Positions 1 through 10,006 of a stretch of 64,000 nt of DNA are shown piece after piece; the stretch's first letter is position 1, and each line of letters begins with the position of its first letter. The notes beneath the pieces were generated by a model. It was not told where the DNA came from. It made no database searches and saw nothing but the letters and a program-made list of their open reading frames with translations. The stretch comes from a virus (lineage: Duplodnaviria > Caudoviricetes): positions 21,132-85,131 of IMG/VR virus record IMGVR_UViG_2648501152_000001; one strand, given 5' to 3'. Made by a program: the position numbers and the translations under genes.

Positions 1-167
1 GTGAGGTCGGTGGCGCGGAGGATCGCGAGGGTGTGGGCGTGCCGTTTCCAGGTGATGCGGAGGGCGGGGAGGTCTGCGCCGGGCTCGGTGGCGCGCTGTT
101 CGGTGAGCTGCTGCAAGGCTTCGGTTTGGGCAATGCGGGCGGTGATGGCGGCAGTGTGGGTGTTCAT
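1..167 (-). CDS. hypothetical phage protein (runs off the window end)
   Basis: Minus-strand ATG at 167 after GGGAG RBS and a sigA-like promoter; MNTHTAAITARIAQTEALQQL...; not in the ORF track. Confidence 0.6.
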   Translation of the reverse strand, partial: MNTHTAAITARIAQTEALQQLTEQRATEPGADLPALRITWKRHAHTLAILRATDL

Positions 168-190
168 GATGTGGCTCCCGTCAACTCGGT

Positions 191-229
191 GTGTGGGTAC
201 ACCGTAACTCTCATGTGTCCGTAAATCAA
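191..229 (-). promoter_or_regulatory. sigA-like promoter with GTGTACCCACAC operator
   Basis: Minus strand TTGATT-17-TACGGT overlapping GTGTACCCACAC; same architecture as the promoters at 18.4-22.3 kb. Confidence 0.7.
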
Positions 230-242
230 CCGTTGGGACGTG

Positions 243-272
243 TTGACCAAACCCGAACTAGCGGTGTAGCGT
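243..272 (+). promoter_or_regulatory. divergent rightward sigA-like promoter
   Basis: TTGACC-18-TAGCGT upstream of AGGAGG RBS and ORF 309. Confidence 0.5.
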
Positions 273-308
273 CTACGACATCAGCAACCGGCAACCAGGA
301 GGCCCACG

Positions 309-626
309 ATGAGCGACTACACCCGCCGCGACCTGCTCGCAGCCCTCGACCTCGACGGCACCTACGACGGCTTCACCTTCACCGTCGGGCGCTTCGACGA
401 CACCAACTGGAAAGGCAGCTACGACCCCGAGTCGGGCAAGCCCGCCGTCGCATGGGTCGAATACGTCACCCTCGATGGCGACCGCACCGAAATCGAATAC
501 GACGCGGACCGCGCCGGCGACGAACTCCACTCCCTCTACTTGCTGGACGGCTTCGACCCCGAGCATGGCGTGCAGGTGACGGTGTCGCCGTGGTGGTTGT
601 TCTACACGGGTCAGCTCGCCGCCTAA
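309..626 (+). CDS. hypothetical acidic phage protein
   Basis: AGGAGG RBS, strong GC3 codon bias. Confidence 0.75.
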   Translation: MSDYTRRDLLAALDLDGTYDGFTFTVGRFDDTNWKGSYDPESGKPAVAWVEYVTLDGDRTEIEYDADRAGDELHSLYLLDGFDPEHGVQVTVSPWWLFYTGQLAA

Positions 627-688
627 CAGCTTCGGGCGGGTGCGTTGGGGATAGCGCACCCGCCCGACACCAACCGAAATGAACCATC

Positions 689-1021
689 GTGGGAATCAGA
701 GAAGAACTCGCACGGATAGTGTGGGAGAACGCAAACCCGGGGCTCAGTGCCGATGAATGGTTCTACTCCACGGCCACATATCGCACTGTCGACGCGATCC
801 TGGCGCGCTTCACGGTCGTGGAACTGCCCGAGCACGTGATCCCGCAGGCTGCGACCCGACCGGCATGGCTGGCTTCGCGCCCTGACGGTGACCGCAAGTA
901 CTTGGTAGCCGCCGACACGGACGTGGTGCTGGCGCTTGGGGTACGAATGACGCCTTCCGAATCTAGGGAACTCGCAGCCGCGCTTCTCGCCGCGGCCAAT
1001 CTCGCGGAGGAGAACGCATGA
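689..1021 (+). CDS. hypothetical protein
   Basis: ATGA overlap with the next gene. Confidence 0.6.
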   Translation: MGIREELARIVWENANPGLSADEWFYSTATYRTVDAILARFTVVELPEHVIPQAATRPAWLASRPDGDRKYLVAADTDVVLALGVRMTPSESRELAAALLAAANLAEENA

Positions 1022-1353
1022 CGACCGCAGTGTCGGCTGAGGATCGGGTGCAGGAGTTGGAGGTCGCCCTCGCGGTGACCCAAACCCAACTCCGGTCCAC
1101 CACGCGCGCCCTGGAGGTGGAGCAGGCCCGAGCGACACGCCTCCAAACCGATTTGGACGACAGTGAGGCTCGGTGGGCGATTGTGTCCCTGTTCCTCGCA
1201 CAAAAAGGCTGCTACGACCGCAAGTTGGCCGAACCCGAAACTCATGCGATTGAGCGGGTCGGGTGGGCTGCCGCAGCGGATGCACGCCGGCGCCTGGCGG
1301 ACATGCTGGACGAACACGACCGGAAGACCGTGAAGGAGACAGACAGTGAATGA
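1018..1353 (+). CDS. hypothetical coiled-coil protein
   Basis: GGAG RBS, coupled start/stop. Confidence 0.6.
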   Translation: MTTAVSAEDRVQELEVALAVTQTQLRSTTRALEVEQARATRLQTDLDDSEARWAIVSLFLAQKGCYDRKLAEPETHAIERVGWAAAADARRRLADMLDEHDRKTVKETDSE

Positions 1354-1494
1354 TCTGGTGCAGGAGTTGGCTGTGCTCATCGACATGCGCGCCCACAACC
1401 CCGCCTACCCCAACCACAACACCATGCCCGCCTCGATCGCGGCCGCTGAAGCGATCGTGGCGCGCTACACCCTCACCCGACAGGAGAACATGTA

Positions 1495-1971
1495 ATGACG
1501 AACATTACGGGCGATGTGCTGCGAGCTGTCGCCGATTGGTACGACAGGCAGCCCGGCACGGATGTGCTGGTGAGTCGACTCCGAGACGACGCCACAAAGG
1601 CAGACGTGGAGGCGCAGTTGCTCGACAACCTCGCGTACGTGTACTGCAATGCTGCGTACGAGTACGGCTACTTCAACGGCCTGCATGAAGAGGGTCAGAC
1701 GAGGGTCCGCGCCGGCATCCGGGCTGTGCTGGACGCGCTTGCGGAAGACGTGGATGTGGAGATCGTGGACGACGAGCCGCGCCAGTGGGACCGCATCAAG
1801 GATGTGCCTGACGATGTGGTCGTTTCCGATAAGGAGGGCGATCGCTGGAAGATTGAGGAAAGACAACTCGTGTTCAGCCGTCGAGGAAACGACTTCATTC
1901 GCTGGACTGAATCATTGTCAGACGCCGATAACTACGCGCCGTTCACTGAGATTGTGGATGGTGCCCAGTGA
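1495..1971 (+). CDS. hypothetical protein
   Basis: AGGAG RBS; C-terminal W...YAPFTE motif typical of actinophage small genes. Confidence 0.65.
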   Translation: MTNITGDVLRAVADWYDRQPGTDVLVSRLRDDATKADVEAQLLDNLAYVYCNAAYEYGYFNGLHEEGQTRVRAGIRAVLDALAEDVDVEIVDDEPRQWDRIKDVPDDVVVSDKEGDRWKIEERQLVFSRRGNDFIRWTESLSDADNYAPFTEIVDGAQ

Positions 1972-2147
1972 AGCGGGACGCGCCGGACCACACCGGCATC
2001 CACCGCGGAACCCACGCCCTCCTGTTGGCGATCACGGATCACAGCATCAAAGACGCCGACGAAGCCTTCGCCCTCATGGCTAGGCGTGAACTGAAACTCG
2101 TCACCTAACCCCGTGCTTCAAACCCCGTTGAATCCCGACAACTCAAC

Positions 2148-2522
2148 TTGGAGCACAAATTGAATACAGGTTTGAATGTGGTGTTGTTACAGCAGGTTGT
2201 GGCTGCGATCGAACAACACCCTGAGCAATATAATCCGGCGTTCTACCGCGACCTGGACGTGACACCCGTGACGTTCGATCTCGCGGGGTGGACAGCCGAG
2301 GTGGTGGGGATGCCGTGGTGTGAGGGCGAGCTGGCCGAGTTTTGTATCGAGGGTCCGTGTGGTGATCCGATCGCCGTGGATTTTTGGGCGGCGGAAGCGT
2401 TGGGGTTGGATGCGGAGCAGGCGTCGAAGATGTTCCGTGAACTGTATGAGAACCCGCACGCCGCCCTGGATTACGCACGCACGTTGATCATGAGCAACCT
2501 GGAGGTGTGGACTGATGTTTGA
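2148..2522 (+). CDS. hypothetical protein
   Basis: ORF overlapping the next gene start. Confidence 0.55.
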   Translation: MEHKLNTGLNVVLLQQVVAAIEQHPEQYNPAFYRDLDVTPVTFDLAGWTAEVVGMPWCEGELAEFCIEGPCGDPIAVDFWAAEALGLDAEQASKMFRELYENPHAALDYARTLIMSNLEVWTDV

Positions 2523-2985
2523 TTGGCGGGACGCTGCGTACTGCGCCACCGAACACGTGGAGGCGTACACGACAGACAACCTGCCCGAGCCGACCGCTCG
2601 ACACGAATGCACCATGCGGGCACGGATCGTGGAGAAACTGTGCGGTCCGTGCCCCGTGTGGCGGGAATGCGGCATGGAAGCGTTGCAGTATGACACGCGG
2701 GGTGTGATCCGGGCTGGTATTGCGTTTCCTGATGTGAAGGTTGGTTCGGCGCGCCGGCGGTTGATGGTGCGGTTGGGGTTGTCGGGTGATCCGCTTCAGG
2801 AGAAGGCGGCGGTTCCGCGTACGCATTGCGATCGTGATCATGAGTTGGTGGGCGACAACGTTATTGTGCGGAAGGACGGTGCTCGGTTGTGTCGGGCGTG
2901 TTCGTTGGCTCGTGGTGCGGAGCGTCGGGCGAAGGCTAGGGCTCAGCGTGAGTCGCGGTTGGCGTTGTTGAGGGAGGCGGCGTGA
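2515..2985 (+). CDS. WhiB-family regulator with C-terminal Cys/His zinc-binding domain
   Basis: WRDAAYC...CGPCPVWREC...GVIRAG WhiB pattern; C-terminal THCDRDH...CRAC. Confidence 0.7.
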   Translation: MFDWRDAAYCATEHVEAYTTDNLPEPTARHECTMRARIVEKLCGPCPVWRECGMEALQYDTRGVIRAGIAFPDVKVGSARRRLMVRLGLSGDPLQEKAAVPRTHCDRDHELVGDNVIVRKDGARLCRACSLARGAERRAKARAQRESRLALLREAA

Positions 2986-3344
2986 ACGGTTTGTGTGAGG
3001 AACGTGCGGACGGCTACCCATGCACCCGCGATTCGGGGCACGGTGGTTGGTGTGAGCACGAGAACGAGCATGGGGAAATCGATCACAGGTGGAAGGCGGA
3101 CACGTGAACGGTGCCGAACATTACGAGCATGCGCAGGATCTCATGGACGATTCGTGGGAGGCGCGGGGTTCGGAGCGCGCAGAGCTGGTGGCGGCCGCCC
3201 ATGTTCATGCGACACTGGCGCAGGCCGCAGCGACCGCCGCGCTGTTGACGGTGAACCCGGCGTTCGCGGACTACAACGAAGCCCGCGCCTGGGCTGACGT
3301 TTTGAACGACTGAACCAGTTACTACACACACGGATGGACAACAC

Positions 3345-4055
3345 ATGACACCGAAACCCTACTATCAGGACGACTTCGTGACCCTCTACCACGGGGACTA
3401 CAAAGAAATTGCGGAGAGCATGCCGGACGCATCGGCGGATTGTGTCATCACTGACCCGCCATACACGGACCGAACCCACACGAAGGCGAAGACCAACAAA
3501 GGCGCCGGCAATTCGCAGGCAATCGAATTCGCTCCGTTCAGCGATGACGATCTCACGCATGCGTTGATGCAGTGCGGTCGGATCTCGAAGCGGTGGGTCA
3601 TTGCATCACTCGACTACGCGCACGCATTCAGCCTCGATGCGAACCCGCCGGAGGGGTTGCGCTCGATGCGGGTCGGCGTATGGGTGAAAACAAACCCGAT
3701 GCCGCAGATTACTGGAGATAGGCCAGGCCAGGGGTGGGAGGCGATCTTGTTCATGCACAGGGCTGGGGTTAGGTCGACGTGGAATGGTGGCGGACGGTCG
3801 GGTGTGTGGACGTTCCCTGTGGTCCAGAACGCGGGTCATCCGACTTCTAAGCCGCTGGGAATGGTTTCGGAGTGGGTTCGTCTGTTCACGGACCCTGGCG
3901 GAACCGTGTTTGACCCGTTCGCTGGCAGTGGGACAACGTTGCGCGCCGCGAAGAACACTGGGCGCCGAGCGATCGGCGTGGAGCTGGAGGAACGCTACTG
4001 CGAGATCATCGCGCAGCGTTGCAGTCAAGAAGTGCTCGATTTCGGTATTGCGTAG
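3345..4055 (+). CDS. DNA N4-cytosine/N6-adenine methyltransferase (beta class), orphan
   Basis: TDPPY motif before HPTSKP and DPFAGSGTT SAM-binding motif. Confidence 0.9.
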   Translation: MTPKPYYQDDFVTLYHGDYKEIAESMPDASADCVITDPPYTDRTHTKAKTNKGAGNSQAIEFAPFSDDDLTHALMQCGRISKRWVIASLDYAHAFSLDANPPEGLRSMRVGVWVKTNPMPQITGDRPGQGWEAILFMHRAGVRSTWNGGGRSGVWTFPVVQNAGHPTSKPLGMVSEWVRLFTDPGGTVFDPFAGSGTTLRAAKNTGRRAIGVELEERYCEIIAQRCSQEVLDFGIA

Positions 4056-4386
4056 GAGGAATAATGCGGTACTTGCTCGGGATGTTTGCGGCAATTCTGG
4101 TGTCGGGTTACACGACGGTCAACCACATGACCAGGTTCGAAAGGCAGGGGCGGTGAAGTGAGGTGGCCGGGTGGAGCGTGTCGAGTATGCGGTGCGACGG
4201 GTGACGCGGGGCGGGGAAGTGTGGTGGCAACCCTATCCGTCCAGGATGGCAGCCGAACGTGAGCGGCGGGACGGCACAGTGGTGCGGCGTATCGTGACGA
4301 TCGGTGCGTGGATACCCGCATCGTCTTGTGTCATTGCCTAAACCCGTATACGATGAACGTGACCAGTAAACGGGGGAGGATTCATC

Positions 4387-4662
4387 GTGGGGCGTGACCC
4401 ATTCACCGACGCAGTATGCCGACAGGACGAGTGGTATGAGGATGCTGTGTTGCGGCGCGGGAATTTGTGGGACTGGAAGATCGGCGACGAGTCGGACACC
4501 GAACAAGCCGAACGCCACACCATCGCCGCGCAACTCTGCCGCACGTGCCCCAACTACCACGACCAGACTTGCGCCGACGAACACACACTCATGACCACCC
4601 ACTACGGCGAACACCCCGGCATTTGGGCCGGCACCCGACACACCCCCAAGGCAGACCAATGA
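4387..4662 (+). CDS. WhiB-like protein
   Basis: AVC...CRTCPNYHDQTC...GIWAG. Confidence 0.6.
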   Translation: MGRDPFTDAVCRQDEWYEDAVLRRGNLWDWKIGDESDTEQAERHTIAAQLCRTCPNYHDQTCADEHTLMTTHYGEHPGIWAGTRHTPKADQ

Positions 4663-5039
4663 CCTACCGCATCACCGTGGACATGCCGAGGCCCCCGCTC
4701 ACTTCGAACGATCAGCGGCGCGCACACTGGACGAAAGTCCGCAACGCCAAAGCGGAAGCCGCCAGCCAGATCATCACCCTCGTTAAACGCGACGGGATTC
4801 CGTTCATGCTGGACCGCGTGGACGTGACAGTCATCTGGTTCGCACCCGACGCACGTCGCCGCGACTCAGACTCACTCGGCCCCTACTGCAAGGCCGTTCT
4901 GGATGCGCTCGTCGAAGCAGGTGTGCTATGCGATGACGATTCCAGGTATGTCCGCCAAACGGCGATGAGAGTGGATACCGACCGTACGAATCCACGTATC
5001 GAAATTCTCATCGAACCCATCTACCAGGAGACAGCATGA
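4659..5039 (+). CDS. rusA: RusA-like Holliday junction resolvase
   Basis: ATG 4659; RRRDSDS...KAVLDALVEAGVLCDDD motif. Confidence 0.85.
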   Translation: MTYRITVDMPRPPLTSNDQRRAHWTKVRNAKAEAASQIITLVKRDGIPFMLDRVDVTVIWFAPDARRRDSDSLGPYCKAVLDALVEAGVLCDDDSRYVRQTAMRVDTDRTNPRIEILIEPIYQETA

Positions 5040-5293
5040 GCGAGGTTTCAGGCAACCCAACGACAGGCCGCACCACAGACCTGTTCGTCCTTTTCCTCGA
5101 CCACGAAAATGGTGTCGAGTTCCGCATGGGTGGCGAGTTCGACTACAACGCCAAGCGACGCGCATTCGCATACAGGAAGCCTGCAATCTCCTACGCCCGC
5201 AAGCATGGCGCGAAGGTAGCGCATATCGAGTTCCCGCCACGTGGCATTCCGGTCGTTGTCGGCGTGATCGACCCGAGTGAGGTTCCCGCATGA
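5036..5293 (+). CDS. hypothetical protein
   Basis: AGGAG RBS, ATGA coupling on both sides. Confidence 0.55.
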   Translation: MSEVSGNPTTGRTTDLFVLFLDHENGVEFRMGGEFDYNAKRRAFAYRKPAISYARKHGAKVAHIEFPPRGIPVVVGVIDPSEVPA

Positions 5294-5451
5294 CGGATGT
5301 TTCGGTGACGCAGTTGCGCCGGCACACCACAGACATCATCAACCGCGCCGCAGCAGGCGAACGTGTCCCGATCACCCGCAATGGTCGTGTGATCGCCTAC
5401 GCCATCCCCTACACCGACCTGATCCGACTCACCAACCTGGAGACCACATGA
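5290..5451 (+). CDS. Phd/YefM-family antitoxin-like protein (53 aa, orphan)
   Basis: Manual translation MTDVSVTQLRRHTTDIINRAAAGERVPITRNGRVIAYAIP matches the Phd/YefM N-terminal pattern; ATGA-coupled both sides; below ORF-track cutoff. Confidence 0.75.
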   Translation: MTDVSVTQLRRHTTDIINRAAAGERVPITRNGRVIAYAIPYTDLIRLTNLETT

Positions 5452-5651
5452 TGTGGGCGTTCCTCTACGTCGCAGGACTCATCGTGACGTGGGTCGGACT
5501 GATTCGCGTAACCAAAAAGCATGTGCCTGCCCATGACGTTCCTGACGAGATTGCGACCGTGTGGCTGTGTCTTCTCGCGGCTGCGGTGTGGCCGCTCACC
5601 GGGACTATCGCCGTCGTCTGGCATCTGACATTCAACTCTGAGGAGAAGTAA
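5448..5651 (+). CDS. small two-TM membrane protein
   Basis: Two hydrophobic stretches (MMWAFLYVAGLIV..., VWLCLLAAAVWPL). Confidence 0.6.
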   Translation: MMWAFLYVAGLIVTWVGLIRVTKKHVPAHDVPDEIATVWLCLLAAAVWPLTGTIAVVWHLTFNSEEK

Positions 5652-6788
5652 GTGAAGTTTCGTGTTGACCGTAAAGCGCTCGCGGACACCATCGCCGTTG
5701 TCGCGAAGAGTCTGCCGTCGAAGCCACCCACCCCGGTGCTCGCTGGCGTGAAGCTCACCGCCGATAGTGGGGTGTTGCGGGTGGAGGGTTTCGATTACGA
5801 AACGTCGACGCGGGCGCATGTGGTGGCGGACGTGCTGGACGAAGGTAGCGTCCTGGTGTCGGGGAAGCTGTTGGCGGACATCACGAAAGCCCTCCCGCAG
5901 AAGCCCGTGGAGGTGTCGGTGGATGGTGCTCGTGTCGGGATCGTGTGCGGTAGCGCGAAGTTTTCCCTGCCCACGATGCCCGTCGCGGATTATCCGGCCC
6001 TGCCTAGTTTCCCTGCCACCACGGGTTCGCTGCCGACGGAGGTGTTCGAGACCGTGGTCGGGCAGGTTGCTGCGGCGGCGGGTAAGGATGACACTCTGCC
6101 GATGCTCACGGGCATCAAAGTCGAAGCCGAGAACGGGGAACTCACGCTCGCGGCGACGGATCGGTTCCGGCTCGCCATCCGCACCCTCGACTGGACGGGC
6201 GGCGACGTCAACGCTTTGATTCCCGCCAAAACTCTCGCCGATGTCGCCCGCAACGTGCCCACCGGCCTCGACAACGTGGATGTCGGGTTCCATGAGGGGC
6301 TGTTCGGTGCGGATACGGGGAATGTGTGGACGACGGCGCGGGTGTTGGATGCGGAGTTCCCGAAGTTCCGGCAGCTTCTCCCGACGGAGCATTCGGCGGT
6401 GGCGGGTGTGGACGTGCAGGAGCTGGCGGGCGCGGTGAAGCGCGTCGGCCTGGTCGCGGAACGCGGCGCACAAATCCGGCTCACGTTCGACGCGGGTTCG
6501 CTCACGGTCACCGCAGGAACCGACGGGGAGAGCAGTGCCGAGGAAACCCTGGCTGCCACGTTCGCCGGCGAACCATTGACCATCGCCTTCAACCCCGGCT
6601 ACCTCCTCGACGGACTCCACGTCATCGACACCGACCGGGTGCTGTTCGGATTCACCACACCGAATCGCCCGGCCACGCTGCGACCCGTCAGTGAGGACGT
6701 TCGGTACACAACCCGCGGACCGTATCAGCCACTCAGCACCGATTTCGTGTACCTGCTCATGCCCGTCCGACTCCCCAACACCAACTAG
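5652..6788 (+). CDS. dnaN: DNA polymerase III beta sliding clamp
   Basis: 378 aa; MKFRVDR, AATDRFRLA, IAFNPGYLLDGL, YLLMPVRL signatures of actinobacterial DnaN. Confidence 0.95.
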   Translation: MKFRVDRKALADTIAVVAKSLPSKPPTPVLAGVKLTADSGVLRVEGFDYETSTRAHVVADVLDEGSVLVSGKLLADITKALPQKPVEVSVDGARVGIVCGSAKFSLPTMPVADYPALPSFPATTGSLPTEVFETVVGQVAAAAGKDDTLPMLTGIKVEAENGELTLAATDRFRLAIRTLDWTGGDVNALIPAKTLADVARNVPTGLDNVDVGFHEGLFGADTGNVWTTARVLDAEFPKFRQLLPTEHSAVAGVDVQELAGAVKRVGLVAERGAQIRLTFDAGSLTVTAGTDGESSAEETLAATFAGEPLTIAFNPGYLLDGLHVIDTDRVLFGFTTPNRPATLRPVSEDVRYTTRGPYQPLSTDFVYLLMPVRLPNTN

Positions 6789-7304
6789 GAGACAACCGTG
6801 AAGGTTCGGGAACTTCTCGAAAAGCTGTCAGGACTTGACCTGGACACGGAGGTGCTACTCATTCCAGCCAAGTCATCGGGTGTGTCAGATCGGCCCCGCG
6901 TGCGCGTGGAGGACGGCGCCACCTCACGCTACGGGTACGTGCTCCCTGTGAGTCTGTACGGCGAGATGAGCGGGGATAGCCGACCTGTCGTTTGGATCAG
7001 CTAGTTCGTTTCGGGGCGGCATCCGTGTGGGTGTCGCCCCGAACCCCCATCGAAAGGAACCTTGTGGAGACACGCACCGAATGGTGGACCGTCGACACCC
7101 ACGGCACACGGGTGGCGGACGGCGCCACCCGCCAGGAAGCCCTCGCAAGTCACGAGGTATTGCGCCGGCAGATCGCACTACACCTCACTGAGATGCGGGT
7201 TTACGGAATCACATCGGGCATTCAACCGATCGAGAAGCCTGCTGGGGTGTTCTGCCGCACGTACACCACCACGGTGGTCGACAGTGAGATCGAGGAGCTG
7301 TGAC

Positions 7305-7529
7305 ATGAAGGATTTTCATGCGCGGATGCGATCCGCGACCGCGAAACCCCGGCCTGGCACCTCGCTGGTGGAGATGAAGGTGCGGGATTCTGTGCAGGAC
7401 TATCGGCACGCGCTGTCGGAGGCGGAGCATTTGATGCGGTTCGGTGTGCCGCGTGAGCAGGCGTTTGAGCGTGTGGGGTTGACGGTGGAGCAGGTTGTGA
7501 AGCGGGAATCACGGGAGCGTGCATCATGA
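7305..7529 (+). CDS. hypothetical protein
   Basis: GAGGAG RBS, ATG 7305, coupled to next. Confidence 0.5.
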   Translation: MKDFHARMRSATAKPRPGTSLVEMKVRDSVQDYRHALSEAEHLMRFGVPREQAFERVGLTVEQVVKRESRERAS

Positions 7530-7704
7530 GCAGTTACGTGATATCCGAGGCTGCGCACTGGGTGTTGGATCATCCGCAACGCGACACTCTGTGGCGTTAT
7601 TACCGTTCGCTCGTCGTGGAACCGGAATCTCCGTGGGCTGGCGAGGTGGATTACACCGCAGCGAATGAGTGGCTGGTCGAAACCTATAGGAACGGAAGTG
7701 CATC

Positions 7705-8007
7705 GTGAGTCAAGACATGAGGCGTGAGCGTGCGGGTGTGTCGTTTGAAACGATCGCCGGCGCCACACAGTACATCGCAGAGTTGGAGCAGGAGAACTAC
7801 GAGCTCAAGCATCTGCGCGAGGATGACAAGTCCGAGACCGTCGAACTTCTCGTGGAGGCAGAGAACCGGTCACGCCGCATCGAAGAGCTGGAAGCCGAGA
7901 ACACGAGCCTGAAAGCGCGGATTGGTAGCGTGAGAGACGCAATCATGAGCGACAACCACAAGATTCGGTGGCTCCTACTGGAAGCTTTGGACGGCCCTGA
8001 TGTCTGA
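7705..8007 (+). CDS. hypothetical coiled-coil protein
   Basis: IAELEQEN/IEELEAEN heptads, GTGA coupling. Confidence 0.6.
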   Translation: MSQDMRRERAGVSFETIAGATQYIAELEQENYELKHLREDDKSETVELLVEAENRSRRIEELEAENTSLKARIGSVRDAIMSDNHKIRWLLLEALDGPDV

Positions 8008-8799
8008 GGTGTCGTTGTTTGATGAGTCGCCCACGATCGTGTGGTGTTTCGTGTGCGAACAGGACGTGGAGTCCACCGTGGAGTGCTGGAAGGAATGCGT
8101 GAAATGAAGCCCCTAATGGTGTTGTCGTTGGTGTTCATGCCGGTCGCGGTGGGGTTGCAAACCCTCGCCCTGGTGCGAGAGGGGGTGCAGTCGTGGACGA
8201 AATAGATGCTCTGCGGGCTGAGGTTGCCCGTTTGCGGCACGAGAATGACACGTTGCACGCCCAGTTGGATGCGGTGAAGGCGCAGCGGGATACTTACGCT
8301 GCTCTCAGCAACCATCCTGTTCGAGCTGTACACTAAAAACAATCACGGTAACCGGGAGGCGATGTGCGGCTCTACTTCACCCTCACCACCACAGGCGGCG
8401 AACACGGCACATTCGAAGCCTGGTGCGACCAGGGTCGGCAGTTCGTAAAGGTCGTCACCCATTCGACGGGTGTGGAAACGACTGTCACGTATCCGACGGT
8501 TCCGTTGGGCGACAAGTGGTCGTTCATCGCACTCGCCCTCCGCGACATCGAGTTGCAGGCGATCCGTGACCGCCTCGAAACCACGCAACGCGCTCTCGCT
8601 GGCGTGGTGCACGCCTCATGATCGGCTTCACCCCGATGCGGCTGGTGTGCCGTGACTGCTACGAAACGTATTGGTTCGGGCGCGTCCTGTCTGGCGTGGA
8701 GTTGGCTGAGGTGTGGCGCGCGCACCAGTGGACACACGCCGACTATGTGATCGAGATCGACCACGAAACCTACAACATTCGACGAACCGGAGACACCAC

Positions 8800-9057
8800 A
8801 TGACCGACCTGACATTCACGCTCGAGGAAGACACCCCGCAGGCATGGCGCGACCTCATCGGAGCGCTCGTCAAGTTGTCGAAGTATCCCAGCGACTGCGT
8901 TTCGCCCTTCCATTGCGAGCACGACACCCTCACGGTGAATAGCGATCCGGGGTGCTTCTCGTCGGACGAACTCGCCGAACTCGAAAAGTTGGGGTTCTTT
9001 GCGGGGAGCGAGTATGACGACCAGGCGTTCACGTCATTCCGCTTCGGTAGTGCCTAG
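8800..9057 (+). CDS. hypothetical protein
   Basis: GGAG RBS, ATG 8800; PFHCEHDTL...FTSFRFGSA. Confidence 0.6.
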   Translation: MTDLTFTLEEDTPQAWRDLIGALVKLSKYPSDCVSPFHCEHDTLTVNSDPGCFSSDELAELEKLGFFAGSEYDDQAFTSFRFGSA

Positions 9058-9155
9058 CGGCATTGGGGCAACGGTGACTGACCGCGCCATGCTACGCCGC
9101 GCCCGGCGCCTGCACTACCTCCGCAACCTCCACCACGCACTCGAAAGGACCACCC

Positions 9156-9527
9156 ATGAACAACATCGACATGACACTCAACTGCCCGCACTGCAACGAG
9201 ACGTACTGGAATGGCGGAGCACTCCACGACTGGGAGGTCGACATCATGCGCACATCCCACGATTCCGGGTGTAGCGCTCGCGAAAAGTTCAAGCGTCCCG
9301 AACCCGATGACGTGATGTATCCGGCGTGGTCGTTCGCCCCTGTTGGCTCCTGGACACTCGAAGACGATGATCCGCGCCCGTACGGGAAGCCTCGCCGTCG
9401 CAGCGCAACAGAACTCGGGTTGCGTGCCCCTGATCGCACGCGCGCCACCGTGTACGCCGGCGAAATCCTCGAACGCCAATCGAACGGCCGCTACACCCTG
9501 TGGATGGACGGTGGACGACGTGTCTGA
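9156..9527 (+). CDS. hypothetical protein with CxxC
   Basis: AAGGA RBS, CPHC motif. Confidence 0.55.
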   Translation: MNNIDMTLNCPHCNETYWNGGALHDWEVDIMRTSHDSGCSAREKFKRPEPDDVMYPAWSFAPVGSWTLEDDDPRPYGKPRRRSATELGLRAPDRTRATVYAGEILERQSNGRYTLWMDGGRRV

Positions 9528-9798
9528 CCTCCGGTGGGAAGCCCTCGATATTGTGCACCGCGTCCAACCCGCCGAAGGATCGTGGCCCGAAGTGCTGCAT
9601 GACCTGCACTGGAACGACGGCTGGCGGATAGAAGCGATCCGCAACGACATTCTTGCTCGTGGCGCGTGCACGATCCCGATCCGCGTCACCTCCACCGAGT
9701 CGGGGTTTCGGGTGGTGGATGGGCATCGAAGGGTGGCGGCTGCGTTGTCGTTGTTGGTGGATGTGCCCGTGGAAATCGTGAACGGAGACGAAGCGTGA
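9520..9798 (+). CDS. stand-alone ParB/Srx-like domain protein
   Basis: GTG 9520; PIRV...VVDGHRRVAAA motif. Confidence 0.7.
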   Translation: MSDLRWEALDIVHRVQPAEGSWPEVLHDLHWNDGWRIEAIRNDILARGACTIPIRVTSTESGFRVVDGHRRVAAALSLLVDVPVEIVNGDEA

Positions 9799-10006
9799 GC
9801 TGGTTCAGTAAGGATTCGACCACGGTCAACGTCATCACGCCGACCCCGCAGCCGTACCAGGTTGTCGTGCTCAGATTGGCTGCACATATGCGCATCGAAG
9901 CGTATCCGGGTGCGGAACTGCTCGACTGGAAAGACCTCACGGACGCGCAGAAGGTGCCGTGGATCTTAAAAGCTGACAAGCGCATGCAAGAGAATGGATA
10001 CGAGTC

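Noticed and set aside
3345-4055. Restriction-modification system
   Set aside because: No adjacent restriction endonuclease; orphan methylases are common in phages
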